DNA from: Euryarchaeota archaeon UBA52
GTDB lineage: Archaea > Thermoplasmatota > Poseidoniia > Poseidoniales > Thalassarchaeaceae
Length of the DNA stretch: 64,000 nucleotides
Reading direction: 5' to 3'
Assembly (NCBI GenBank): GCA_002505455.1
Contig: DAVB01000055.1
Location: 11,710-75,709 of the forward strand
Part shown: piece by piece, positions 44,462 to 53,483 of the stretch
How positions within the stretch are numbered: position 1 is the stretch's first letter
Layout of the letters: the number at the start of each line of letters is the position of its first letter
Notes under the pieces: model-generated
Told to the model about the DNA's origin: nothing
Seen by the model: the letters and a program-made list of their open reading frames with translations, nothing else
The model's database searches: none
Translations under genes and position numbers: made by a program

Positions 44462-46129
44462 CTAGAATGATGCTATCGCTGTTTCAATTAAGGCGAGGAG
44501 CCACTGGCTGGCAGGACCCATTCCGAAGAGGACTGTGAAGATCATGGATACGACCACGAGGACCCTGAGGCCAAGTGCCGGCGAAAGGGGCGATTCGCTC
44601 CCCGGTTTCTCGAAGAACATCACTAAACCAATCCTCAGATAGTAGAATAGCGAGAGTGCGCTATTCAGAACGATTGCGATAGCAAGTAGGAAGAACGGGT
44701 CCACTGACTGCAGCCATGGGATGACTCCATCTGCATCCAGGGCTCCTGTTCCGCTGGTTGTGGTGACGAGGCCGTTGATCATAAGGAACTTCGATAGGAA
44801 GCCGGAAAGAGGGGGTATTCCTGCTAAGGACAGCATGAAAACGAACATAGAAGTTGCAATAATGGGATCTCTTCGAGCAAGTCCATGCAGATCGGATATC
44901 TTATTTCCACCGCCGTCTATCTCAATCAAGGTAAGAACAAGGAAGGCTCCGAGTTTGAAAAGAACCAGAACAGCAAGATGGAACACGATTGCCATCTGAA
45001 GCATGTCCTGAGTGTCTGAATCAGCTAATCCTGACCCCAATGCTGCAAGTGCTGCTAGCATATAGCCGGCATGAGCGACGCTGGAATATGCGAGCATTCT
45101 CTTTGGGTTCTCTGAGGAGAGTGCTGCTAGATTGCCCCATGTCATCGTAATTACTGCGAGTATGGCAAGTGCGAAACCCCAAGCAATGACGCCGTCATTC
45201 GGACCTGCGAAACCGATCAAAACACGCATCATCGCCACGAAGCCCATGGCCTTGGACGCGGTTGCGAGCATTCCTGCGATAGGGGCATTTGTGCCTGAAT
45301 AGGCATCTGGAGCTGCAAGGTGGAATGGGGCTGCGCTGACCTTGAATCCGAAGGCGACGAGCATGAGTCCGACGCCTATTCCGGCCAGCGGCTCGAGCTC
45401 TCCCATGGAGGACCAGCTTTCTGCTAAGGTATCGAAGTCCAGACTACCGGACCAGATGTAAAGCAGAGACATGCCATATATTCCAGTGGCAGAGGCGATT
45501 GATCCGACAATGAAATACTTGGCACCGGCTTCTCCACCTACTTCTGTCTCCTTGTGGAAACCGACTAATACGTACGAAGCCATGGATGCTAATTCCAAGC
45601 ATACGATGAGGAAGAATAGATCGCTAGAAAGGGCCATCAGGCTCATTCCAAGAGCGACCATGAGGAGGAGTATGTATAGGTCGACCTGCCTCCTATTATC
45701 CATCAAACTGCTCTCGACGGAATCATCAGGATCGATGAGATCTTCGGGAAGCAGTCGCGTGGAAGGTATCCTGTAGATCGATGCGATTGCGGTTATGGCC
45801 AATGCAGCGGTGAATACCATCGTCATAAAACGACTGAATCCGGTAACCTGGATTACTCCGGAGATGCTCATGCCATCAGCAGACTCGATAGCTAAACCTG
45901 AGAGCAGACATGCAATTGCAAGGGCGATTGCTGACAATACCCCGGGTGCTCGCGGGTCGGAGGTCAATTCGAATCTTCTACCGCCCCACAGAATGGGGAC
46001 GCGCATGGATGTCAGGGGAAGCCTTACTCTGGCATCTCCTAGATTCGGGACTATGATCGCTAGGATAATTCCAGCGACCATAACGAGCTCCGGGGCGAGA
46101 GCTTGGGATTCGTCCACAGAGAGGATCAT
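44462..46129 (-). CDS. nuoN: Complex I-type (Nuo/Fpo) membrane antiporter-like subunit N
   Basis: 14-TM protein with the NuoN signature region APFHLAAPDAYSGTNAPIAGMLATASK. Last gene of the operon. Confidence 0.85.
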   Translation of the reverse strand: MILSVDESQALAPELVMVAGIILAIIVPNLGDARVRLPLTSMRVPILWGGRRFELTSDPRAPGVLSAIALAIACLLSGLAIESADGMSISGVIQVTGFSRFMTMVFTAALAITAIASIYRIPSTRLLPEDLIDPDDSVESSLMDNRRQVDLYILLLMVALGMSLMALSSDLFFLIVCLELASMASYVLVGFHKETEVGGEAGAKYFIVGSIASATGIYGMSLLYIWSGSLDFDTLAESWSSMGELEPLAGIGVGLMLVAFGFKVSAAPFHLAAPDAYSGTNAPIAGMLATASKAMGFVAMMRVLIGFAGPNDGVIAWGFALAILAVITMTWGNLAALSSENPKRMLAYSSVAHAGYMLAALAALGSGLADSDTQDMLQMAIVFHLAVLVLFKLGAFLVLTLIEIDGGGNKISDLHGLARRDPIIATSMFVFMLSLAGIPPLSGFLSKFLMINGLVTTTSGTGALDADGVIPWLQSVDPFFLLAIAIVLNSALSLFYYLRIGLVMFFEKPGSESPLSPALGLRVLVVVSMIFTVLFGMGPASQWLLALIETAIASF

Positions 46130-47742
46130 GGCATCGCCTCCAAAGCATTCATTGCATGTATGAGATATGTCTCGATGAATTCAGTACTCCAAACTGACAT
46201 CATGTCCCAGAAGATAAACGGCATGATTCCGAATAGGATTGTCAGTGCACCGAGGATGAACATTCCAACGTTCTCATGCCACGTTACATCCCTTGGATCC
46301 TCGCCATGCAGCGTATCGGGAAGGATGCCTTGGTGGGGATCATCGGATTCGAAGATCATCTTTTGCATCGAGGTCAGATAATACAAGGCGGTGAATATCA
46401 GGGTGATGGCAGGAAGCAACACCCACCACCCAAAGGTCATCCAGAATGCTATCATGATGGCTACTTCGGCGACAAAGCCCGCGAGAAGTGGTAGGCCAAG
46501 GCTTCCCATCCAACCAAGCATCATGTGGCCTGCGAGGAAAGGCGAGTGGTGTGCAATACCCCTCATCGAGCCAATCTCTAGAGTGTGATAATGGTGTTTG
46601 AAAGAGCCTGCCACAGCGAACAAGAGTGGGCTGATTATCCCATGAGCAAACATCATGAATAGAGCTCCTGCGAAACCTATGGGTTGCATTGTGGCTATTC
46701 CTAGGAAAATGAGTCCCATGTGCGAAACGGATGAGTAAGCGACCATTCTCTTGAGATTTGTCTGACCTAGACAGACGACGGCCCCGTAGACGAGGCTGGC
46801 CATTCCAAGGAAGACGAGGAGCGGGACGAATGTTAACGTGGATTCGGGGAATATCGCGACTGCGACCCTCAGGAATCCATAAGCGCCCATCTTGAGCATT
46901 ACTCCGGCCAGGAGCATCGAACCTGCAGTTGGGGCTTGTACGTGCGCATCTGGAAGCCAAGTGTGTACTGGGACGCTCGGCATCTTGGTGGCAAAACCGA
47001 TCAGGAGTAGCAGCCAAACTAGGTGCCTAAGTCCCTCACTCGCAATCAAACCGCTTACTCTGGCCTGTTCAGTCATCTCAACCAGATTGAAGTGATGGCC
47101 CGTTAGACTCCCGGAGAATATGGAATCGGCCGTGTTGAAATACATCACGAGGATTCCAACAAGCATCAGAACGCTTGCCGTAAATGTGTAGATGAAGAAC
47201 TTCATCGAGGCGTACTTCCTGTCCTCTCCGCCCCAAATCATGATCAGGAAGAACATGGGTACCAGGGTTAATTCCCAGAAGACGTAGAATACGAATAAGT
47301 CCAAGGAGACGAAGACACCGACAAGTGCGCCTTCCATAATGAGCAGGAGTGCGTGGAATCGATGGCCTCGTTCTACATCCCACTGAACAAGCATCGAGAT
47401 CGGGATCAGCAGTGTGGTCAGCCAGATCATGGGGAATGACAGAGCATCGGCCCCTAGGTGCCACGTCACTCCGATTGATTCGATGAGCCAAACTGGGTCT
47501 TCTGTTTCGAGCACGAAGGAACCCATACCAATCGATAGCCAGTCAATCTGGCCGATTGTACCGAGGAATATCAATGTCGTAAGCGCGAATACCGCTGTAG
47601 AGAGCCCGATTGCAACGTTCCTAACTGAGCTCTGCATGCGTTGGGATATATGCTGAGGTAGAACATTCGGAAGAATGAGGAGGAGGAGCCCGGAGAGAAG
47701 AGGTACGAGCGTAATGATGCTGAGTGGGTCTGTGAAAGTCAC
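46126..47742 (-). CDS. nuoM: Complex I-type subunit M
   Basis: Signature HTWLPDAHVQAPTAGSMLLAGVMLKMG. 4-nt overlaps with neighbouring nuo genes. Confidence 0.9.
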   Translation of the reverse strand: MTFTDPLSIITLVPLLSGLLLLILPNVLPQHISQRMQSSVRNVAIGLSTAVFALTTLIFLGTIGQIDWLSIGMGSFVLETEDPVWLIESIGVTWHLGADALSFPMIWLTTLLIPISMLVQWDVERGHRFHALLLIMEGALVGVFVSLDLFVFYVFWELTLVPMFFLIMIWGGEDRKYASMKFFIYTFTASVLMLVGILVMYFNTADSIFSGSLTGHHFNLVEMTEQARVSGLIASEGLRHLVWLLLLIGFATKMPSVPVHTWLPDAHVQAPTAGSMLLAGVMLKMGAYGFLRVAVAIFPESTLTFVPLLVFLGMASLVYGAVVCLGQTNLKRMVAYSSVSHMGLIFLGIATMQPIGFAGALFMMFAHGIISPLLFAVAGSFKHHYHTLEIGSMRGIAHHSPFLAGHMMLGWMGSLGLPLLAGFVAEVAIMIAFWMTFGWWVLLPAITLIFTALYYLTSMQKMIFESDDPHQGILPDTLHGEDPRDVTWHENVGMFILGALTILFGIMPFIFWDMMSVWSTEFIETYLIHAMNALEAMP

Positions 47743-50033
47743 TGACTCACCCCCACAATAAGTACGAATATGGATAATGCGCCGACTGCGGCCATAAGGA
47801 TGTAATCACGTGTATTTCCTGTGGTATATGTTCGAATCCACATAGATCCGCTGACGCTTGTTCTCTCCACAAGCTTCACGATACCGTCGATGACATTCGC
47901 GTCGAACCATGCAGAGAAAGCGGACATGGGTGTGATTGTCTTGGAGATGGTCCACTGGTAGATGTCATCAAAGTGAAGGCGATTTTGCAGCGAGTCTGCG
48001 AGCCTGCTGTTTGCCATGCCTGACACATCCATGGGCTTGAATGCTGCAGAAAGACCGACTAGCCATGCGACCATCCCATTGGCCGACTCGCCGTCGGCGA
48101 GTTTGCCGCCATGGACCTTCATGGCGATGATTGGACCGACTAATGAGGACAATGCAATGGTGATGTATCCTACCACCATGAGTGCCTGTTTTTCAGGGAA
48201 GAAAGTATGCTTCAGCGCATCGACTACGCCCAGATGGAATCCAGCTTCCTCGCCACTGAGGAACTCGCCTACGTGCATGGATGCCAGAAGCGCGCCGGTT
48301 GTTGCAGTCACGATTGAGAGAGTGACCAGGGGCGTCTTGATCCATGGAGTTGACTCGTGGACGTGCGCAGATGCTTCATGTTTGGGCTGGCCGGCGAAGG
48401 TCATCATCCACATCCTAGTCATGTAGAAGCCCGTCATGCCGGCGGTCATCACCGCAAGGATCGCAGGACCAAGCAACAATGGCTCGTATTCGAGTGCTCC
48501 GAGCCAAGTTTCGGCGATTATAGCCTCCTTTGACCAGAATCCCCCGATAAGAGGTATTCCGATGATGGACATGCTTCCGAGCATCATTGCAATCGAAGTA
48601 ACTGGCATCTTTGAGGCCAGACCGCCCATGTTGCGCATGTCCTGCGGATCGAACTCCTCATGGTGATCGTCATTATGCCCATGATGGTGTAGGTCGTGAT
48701 GAGCATGGTGTACTTCGTGTATCACAGAACCGCTAGCCATGAAGAGCATGCCTTTCGCCATTGCGTGATTGAAGAGGTGGAACAAAGCGCCCCCTAAAAC
48801 GAAGTATCCCGCGTGGTGATGGTCAGCAGCAAGCAGGTATAGAGCGGATCCCAAACCAAGGAATATGTAGGCTAGTTGACTCATAGTTGAGTAGGCAAGT
48901 ACCTTCTTGATGTCATTCTGTACGAATGCTATGGAAGCGGCCATGAATGCGGTGATACCGCCAATCCATGCGACGATTAGACCGAGTTCTTCCATACCCG
49001 GAACGCCATGGTGGTATACGTCGACAAATGGGACCATGCGAGCCACCAGATAGAGACCTGCGTTTACCATCGTAGCCGCGTGGATGAGTGCTGATACAGG
49101 GGTTGGTCCCTCCATTGCATCGGGCAACCAGACATGTAGAGGGAACTGGGCAGACTTCCCAACGCAACCAATGAACAGCATTAACAAGGCAGGCTGTAGT
49201 TTCGACGCCTCGACTACTGTTCCACCAACACCGGTGGATGGGTCGTCGAAAACAACTGCGAAGTCGAGTGACCCGTAAATGTCGTAAAGCATGAGTAAGC
49301 CAACCATGAGGAATACATCTCCGACTCTTGTTGTCATGAATGCCTTCTTTGCAGCGGCGGCCGCACTCTCTTTCCAATAGTAGAATCCAATGAGAAGATA
49401 TGAGCATAGACCCATAATCTCCCAGAATATGAACAGCCAAAGGAAGCTATCTGCGAGAACCATGCCGAACATGCCCATGCTGAACAAGATGAACTCGGCG
49501 AAAAACCGATGATTTCGGTTGGAGTTGATTTCATCTGTTGTCATATATCCTATTGCAAACCAACAAATTAGGAAACAGAGGAATGTTGCTACGAATAGCA
49601 ACATGATGCTTACCGAATCGAGCCATATCCCAAATGATATGTTGGTGAATCCGGCGTCCACACTCCATTGTGTTCCGTCGTGACTCAGGACATCGAAATT
49701 CAGCCAGGTTATTGAGTCGCCATGGACTTTCTTTTCATGGAGGCTCAGAAAATGGACGATCATCCAGAAAGCTGCTATGAGCGATACGGCTAACGATGCA
49801 AGTGCGAGTATTCCGCCCTCCTTGAGTTTCCCCACCCATATGTCGTTTCCATTCCAAATCTGCCCCACTAGCAGAACAATCGGGAACATGAGAAAAGGGG
49901 CAAGGATTGCAGCGAAACCGAGATCTAGCGGTTCTACCCCCAATACCGCCAGAATTGGGACGATAAGCAATGCTGGCAATAACGGAAGGAGCAAATTCCA
50001 CTCCTGTTGATGTTTATCGCCCATATTTCTCAC
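47739..50033 (-). CDS. nuoL: Complex I-type subunit L (764 aa) with a His-rich insertion
   Basis: Signature HVWLPDAMEGPTPVSALIHAATMVNAG and a long C-terminal region. Contains HEVHHAHHDLHHHGHNDDHH at residues ~439-458. Confidence 0.9.
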   Translation of the reverse strand: MRNMGDKHQQEWNLLLPLLPALLIVPILAVLGVEPLDLGFAAILAPFLMFPIVLLVGQIWNGNDIWVGKLKEGGILALASLAVSLIAAFWMIVHFLSLHEKKVHGDSITWLNFDVLSHDGTQWSVDAGFTNISFGIWLDSVSIMLLFVATFLCFLICWFAIGYMTTDEINSNRNHRFFAEFILFSMGMFGMVLADSFLWLFIFWEIMGLCSYLLIGFYYWKESAAAAAKKAFMTTRVGDVFLMVGLLMLYDIYGSLDFAVVFDDPSTGVGGTVVEASKLQPALLMLFIGCVGKSAQFPLHVWLPDAMEGPTPVSALIHAATMVNAGLYLVARMVPFVDVYHHGVPGMEELGLIVAWIGGITAFMAASIAFVQNDIKKVLAYSTMSQLAYIFLGLGSALYLLAADHHHAGYFVLGGALFHLFNHAMAKGMLFMASGSVIHEVHHAHHDLHHHGHNDDHHEEFDPQDMRNMGGLASKMPVTSIAMMLGSMSIIGIPLIGGFWSKEAIIAETWLGALEYEPLLLGPAILAVMTAGMTGFYMTRMWMMTFAGQPKHEASAHVHESTPWIKTPLVTLSIVTATTGALLASMHVGEFLSGEEAGFHLGVVDALKHTFFPEKQALMVVGYITIALSSLVGPIIAMKVHGGKLADGESANGMVAWLVGLSAAFKPMDVSGMANSRLADSLQNRLHFDDIYQWTISKTITPMSAFSAWFDANVIDGIVKLVERTSVSGSMWIRTYTTGNTRDYILMAAVGALSIFVLIVGVSQ

Positions 50034-50034
50034 C

Positions 50035-50337
50035 TCAATTCCTCAGCAAAGTAGCCTCATCAAGAGATATTGTCTCTTGGGTACTGTAAAGCGAGAGAAG
50101 AATTGCAAGGCCGATGGCAACTTCAGCGGCAGCGATGGCGATGGCCACGGCAGTGTAGACCCACCCCTCCACGCCACCCGTATTTAGGGCGCCAGCGACG
50201 AAGTTGAGGTTCGCAGCATTGAGCATAAGTTCGATACACATCAAAACTACAATGCCATTCTTCCTAGAGAATGTTCCAATCAATCCAATGCCAAATAGAA
50301 TGGCTGCAAGTCCAGCGATCCACGATGGATCAATCAT
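50035..50337 (-). CDS. nuoK: Complex I-type subunit K
   Basis: 100-aa 3-TM protein with conserved Glu residues (MCIELMLNAANL..., AAAEVAIGLAIL). Confidence 0.85.
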   Translation of the reverse strand: MIDPSWIAGLAAILFGIGLIGTFSRKNGIVVLMCIELMLNAANLNFVAGALNTGGVEGWVYTAVAIAIAAAEVAIGLAILLSLYSTQETISLDEATLLRN

Positions 50338-50684
50338 TCCTCTTCACCTCCATTGGCTTCGGACAGTACTGTAGATGATGTTGACCTTACAGCAGCAGGC
50401 GGGAGCCCGATCTGAGGGGTTTCAACTTCTTGACCGAGATCCCAAGTCAGGTTAGCCAATCTCTCATCCCTGACAAGATATGAGGCTCCGATCATAGCCA
50501 TGCTAAGAAGCAGGCCCAAGACCAACGTCATCATGTTCCAGTCATCCAACATGGCGAAAGCAAAAGACGAGGTGGTTGGGGGTTGTGATGACTCTGACCA
50601 GCCATCATATGCCATAGTTTCACTCAGCAGCACGAGTACGAGTACCGTTACTCCGACCCTTGCTAGGAATCCCAGCGCCCTCAT
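50334..50684 (-). CDS. nuoJ2: Complex I-type subunit J, C-terminal half (nuoJ2)
   Basis: Small hydrophobic protein between nuoJ1 and nuoK. ATGA overlaps on both sides. Assigned by position and hydrophobicity. Confidence 0.55.
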   Translation of the reverse strand: MRALGFLARVGVTVLVLVLLSETMAYDGWSESSQPPTTSSFAFAMLDDWNMMTLVLGLLLSMAMIGASYLVRDERLANLTWDLGQEVETPQIGLPPAAVRSTSSTVLSEANGGEEE

Positions 50685-50947
50685 TCGATGTCGCCCTCCT
50701 GTATCTGGCGTCGGGTGAGCATCACCCCGAATTGGACAACCAGCATGACCGATCCAAGATACACCAGTATCTGTACGGCTGCAAGCATCTCAGCCTCGGC
50801 GAGTATGAAAACGCCGGCGACGGCTAGGAAAGTCATCATCAGGGAGAGTAGTGAATGGGCTACCCGTCGAGCATAGACGCAACCTATGGCACCTGCAATG
50901 GCTATCGCGGCGAATAGGAGGAAGACTACTTCTTCGGGAGTGAGCAT
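50681..50947 (-). CDS. nuoJ1: Complex I-type subunit J, N-terminal half (nuoJ1). True start at Met MLTPEE (50947), 4 nt after the nuoI stop.
   Basis: LLFAAIAIAGAIGCVYARRVAHSLLSLMMTFLAVAGVFILAEAEMLAAVQILVYLGSVMLV is NuoJ-like (first TM helices). The ORF track extends spuriously to 51136 across nuoI. Confidence 0.65.
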   Translation of the reverse strand: MLTPEEVVFLLFAAIAIAGAIGCVYARRVAHSLLSLMMTFLAVAGVFILAEAEMLAAVQILVYLGSVMLVVQFGVMLTRRQIQEGDIE

Positions 50948-50951
50948 TTGA

Positions 50952-51947
50952 TCATGCTCCTGAAGACGCCTGAGCTGCCTTAGCTGCCTTCTTCTCTCGC
51001 TTGGTCTTCTCTTTCTTGGCCCTCTTCTCGAGTTCCATATCCACCCTCTCTTTGTGAACAGACGGAAGGACTCGGGTCCTATCTGCATCGAACCAAAGAT
51101 CTTGTCGAGAGTATCCTGACATCCCATCATACTCATTCGTCATGAAGAATGACTCGAAGGGGCAAGCCTCTGCACAAAGTCCGCAGAACATGCATCTCCC
51201 AATATCAATGCGGCCTGATACTATGTCCTGTTCAGCCGGCTTCAGATCCGTGACGGGGATATCCTCGACGCTCCCTCCATTGGACCATTTTATGGTAGCA
51301 ATGGAGCCTGTGAGATCGATTACCTCTCCAAAATCATACTCCTGGGGTGCTGCAGTATGGTCATTTACGAGATCGAAGTTTTCTGCAGCGCTATTATCGC
51401 TTCTTGGGAGAGCAGCATGACCTCCGACCTCGATATCGCTGCCATATCCGTGCCACTCATCTCCCTTTTCTGCTGTATCCAGAACATTGACTCTTGTCTC
51501 TGTGGTCATGTGTAAGCAATCATTCGGACATGCACGCACACATGCTTTGCATGCAGTGCATGTTTCCCATATGATGCCAATTCGACCGTTGTACGCTCCG
51601 GGAACGAAAAGCCAAGGCTCCAGATCTTCAAGTCGCTCATACGGGTACATAACCGTGACTGGCCTCTCTACGAAGGGCATTACATCAGTTGCTTCACGAT
51701 CGGCAGCATAGGAGTCAGAATCTGCCCACTTCATCGAAACGTGATCCGAACCGACTCTTCTCTCCGTAAATCCGTCCGTCATACTGACTCTCTTGTTGTG
51801 GTAATCATTGTGAAGGAATGGCAGGCGTCCGACGAAGGGTATTGTCCTCAAGGCCGTCTTCAGAGTGATCCACATAGGACGGATCACTAGGTTCCTGAAA
51901 TTAGGCTGGGCATGTGGATGCCCGCTTCTGAAATCATAATGCTCCAT
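50952..51947 (-). CDS. nuoI: Complex I-type subunit I (2x[4Fe-4S] ferredoxin), expanded to 331 aa
   Basis: Two ferredoxin motifs CTACKACVRACP and CMFCGLCAEACP separated by a ~100-aa insertion. N-terminal extension. Lys-rich C-tail EKRAKKEKTKREKKAAKAAQ. Confidence 0.85.
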   Translation of the reverse strand: MEHYDFRSGHPHAQPNFRNLVIRPMWITLKTALRTIPFVGRLPFLHNDYHNKRVSMTDGFTERRVGSDHVSMKWADSDSYAADREATDVMPFVERPVTVMYPYERLEDLEPWLFVPGAYNGRIGIIWETCTACKACVRACPNDCLHMTTETRVNVLDTAEKGDEWHGYGSDIEVGGHAALPRSDNSAAENFDLVNDHTAAPQEYDFGEVIDLTGSIATIKWSNGGSVEDIPVTDLKPAEQDIVSGRIDIGRCMFCGLCAEACPFESFFMTNEYDGMSGYSRQDLWFDADRTRVLPSVHKERVDMELEKRAKKEKTKREKKAAKAAQASSGA

Positions 51948-51950
51948 AAC

Positions 51951-53474
51951 TTACTCCCTCCTACCAGGATATGCTTTGTCGAGTGTCTGTGTATGGTATA
52001 TCCTGTTCGAGCTCTCTAATGCCTCTTTATCTTCATCAATAGCCAACACGACGAATATGGCGAGGCTTCCCAAGGTCATTACTGGGGCGAGCCAAAATGG
52101 CCATGCTCCATCCCAGAATGCGACTCTCATAATCATTGCAAGGGCGAGATTGAGGATTGAAAGTGGCAGAAGGTATCTCCAACCAAACTCCAGTATCTGA
52201 TCTGTTCTGATTCTGTGAAGAGAGGCGCGTACCCAGACGAAGAGTGCGAACATCAGATATGCTTTGATGAGTAAAATGGCGATGCCGGGGGTCATTTTTG
52301 CAAGGAATGCAAATAGCCCTCCTACGAAAGGAAGTCCGATGAGCGTGTCTTGGAAGGGAAGTTCCCAACCACCGAGGAAGAATAGTGCAAAGAGGATGCA
52401 TGCTGCATAAGCACGCATCATCTCGACTGCAAACATCAGACCCCAGCGGATGCCGCCATACTCTGTCCACCATCCCTCGACGAGTTCTGCTTCTGCTTCA
52501 GGCATGTCAAACGGTATGCGCTCGACTTCTGCGATCATGGTGACGATGAAAAGCACTGCGCCGAGGGGCAAAAGGAAGATGTTCCATGTATCTGACGACT
52601 GAATCTGGAAATCGACGATTTCGATGATATTGAATGAGCCGCTCAAAACAGCAATTCCGAGTACTGTAACGAGTAGTGGGATTTCGTAAGCCGTTAGCTG
52701 AGCAGCTGACCGCATCCCGCCAATCAGCGTATATTTGTTGTTTGAAGCCCAACCAGCGAAGAATACACCCAACGGTGCGACGCCGAATATGGCCATCATA
52801 AATACCAATGAAAGTTCTGGGTTTGCCGCCCAGATGTGCGGGCCAAAAGGAATGAATGCATAGACCATGACCGTGGTTGAGATGATTATCACTGGTGCGA
52901 CTTCGAAAACTAAGCGATCAGCCTTCTCAGGAACAATGTGCGCCTTTGTATTGAACTTCACGAAATCTGCTACAGCAGCCACAAAGCCTGGAAGTAGGAA
53001 CCAAATTCCATGATACCCCCTATCTCCAACTCTGGTTACCGACTCAGTATGGTGGTCATTTCCAAAATTCTTGTTTAATGCGCGATTGACGGCGCCTATT
53101 GGTGCGCCTAGACCAAATGGAAGTGCATTCCACCATTCTCCAGCAGTGACGCCGCCTTCGCCAACCCACAGGCTTCTTGCACTCATTGTGTTTCCAAACC
53201 TATCCATCAATCTCCCAATGAATTTTCTCTCGATGTACGGGACAATGATTAGTGTAATCATCATGGTAGCGAAGACCACTGTGCACATCACGGATGTGAA
53301 TATGAAGATATGAAGCCCTGGTTGAATTGAGGAGAATGTCTCCTGTAAATTGATGGAACCTAGAGGTCCGAGACCGATATCCGAGGAGGGCATGAGGTTG
53401 TGAGTCTTATCGAGGGTCCATCCAATGATGGAACCCATCCACCCTCTAATGTTGAGCCAGTCACTACTTGCCAT
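51951..53474 (-). CDS. nuoH: Complex I-type subunit H (507 aa, extended N-terminal region)
   Basis: NuoH-like regions RGYHGIWFLLPGFVAAVADFVK and the conserved loop EAELVEGWWTEYGGIRWGLMFAVE. Confidence 0.85.
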   Translation of the reverse strand: MASSDWLNIRGWMGSIIGWTLDKTHNLMPSSDIGLGPLGSINLQETFSSIQPGLHIFIFTSVMCTVVFATMMITLIIVPYIERKFIGRLMDRFGNTMSARSLWVGEGGVTAGEWWNALPFGLGAPIGAVNRALNKNFGNDHHTESVTRVGDRGYHGIWFLLPGFVAAVADFVKFNTKAHIVPEKADRLVFEVAPVIIISTTVMVYAFIPFGPHIWAANPELSLVFMMAIFGVAPLGVFFAGWASNNKYTLIGGMRSAAQLTAYEIPLLVTVLGIAVLSGSFNIIEIVDFQIQSSDTWNIFLLPLGAVLFIVTMIAEVERIPFDMPEAEAELVEGWWTEYGGIRWGLMFAVEMMRAYAACILFALFFLGGWELPFQDTLIGLPFVGGLFAFLAKMTPGIAILLIKAYLMFALFVWVRASLHRIRTDQILEFGWRYLLPLSILNLALAMIMRVAFWDGAWPFWLAPVMTLGSLAIFVVLAIDEDKEALESSNRIYHTQTLDKAYPGRRE

Positions 53475-53483
53475 ATCTCTGCC

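Noticed and set aside
46340-47017. 225-aa ORF inside nuoM in another frame (and similar ORFs inside nuoL/nuoH/nuoN)
   Set aside because: Arg/Pro-rich translations in frames overlapping strongly conserved Nuo subunits. They are artefacts of long genes.
50334-50947. Interpretation of nuoJ1/nuoJ2 as a frameshifted pseudogene
   Set aside because: Each half has its own ATG precisely overlapping the preceding stop (ATGA), a pattern characteristic of translational coupling rather than a sequencing or indel error. Split nuoJ is known in other archaea.
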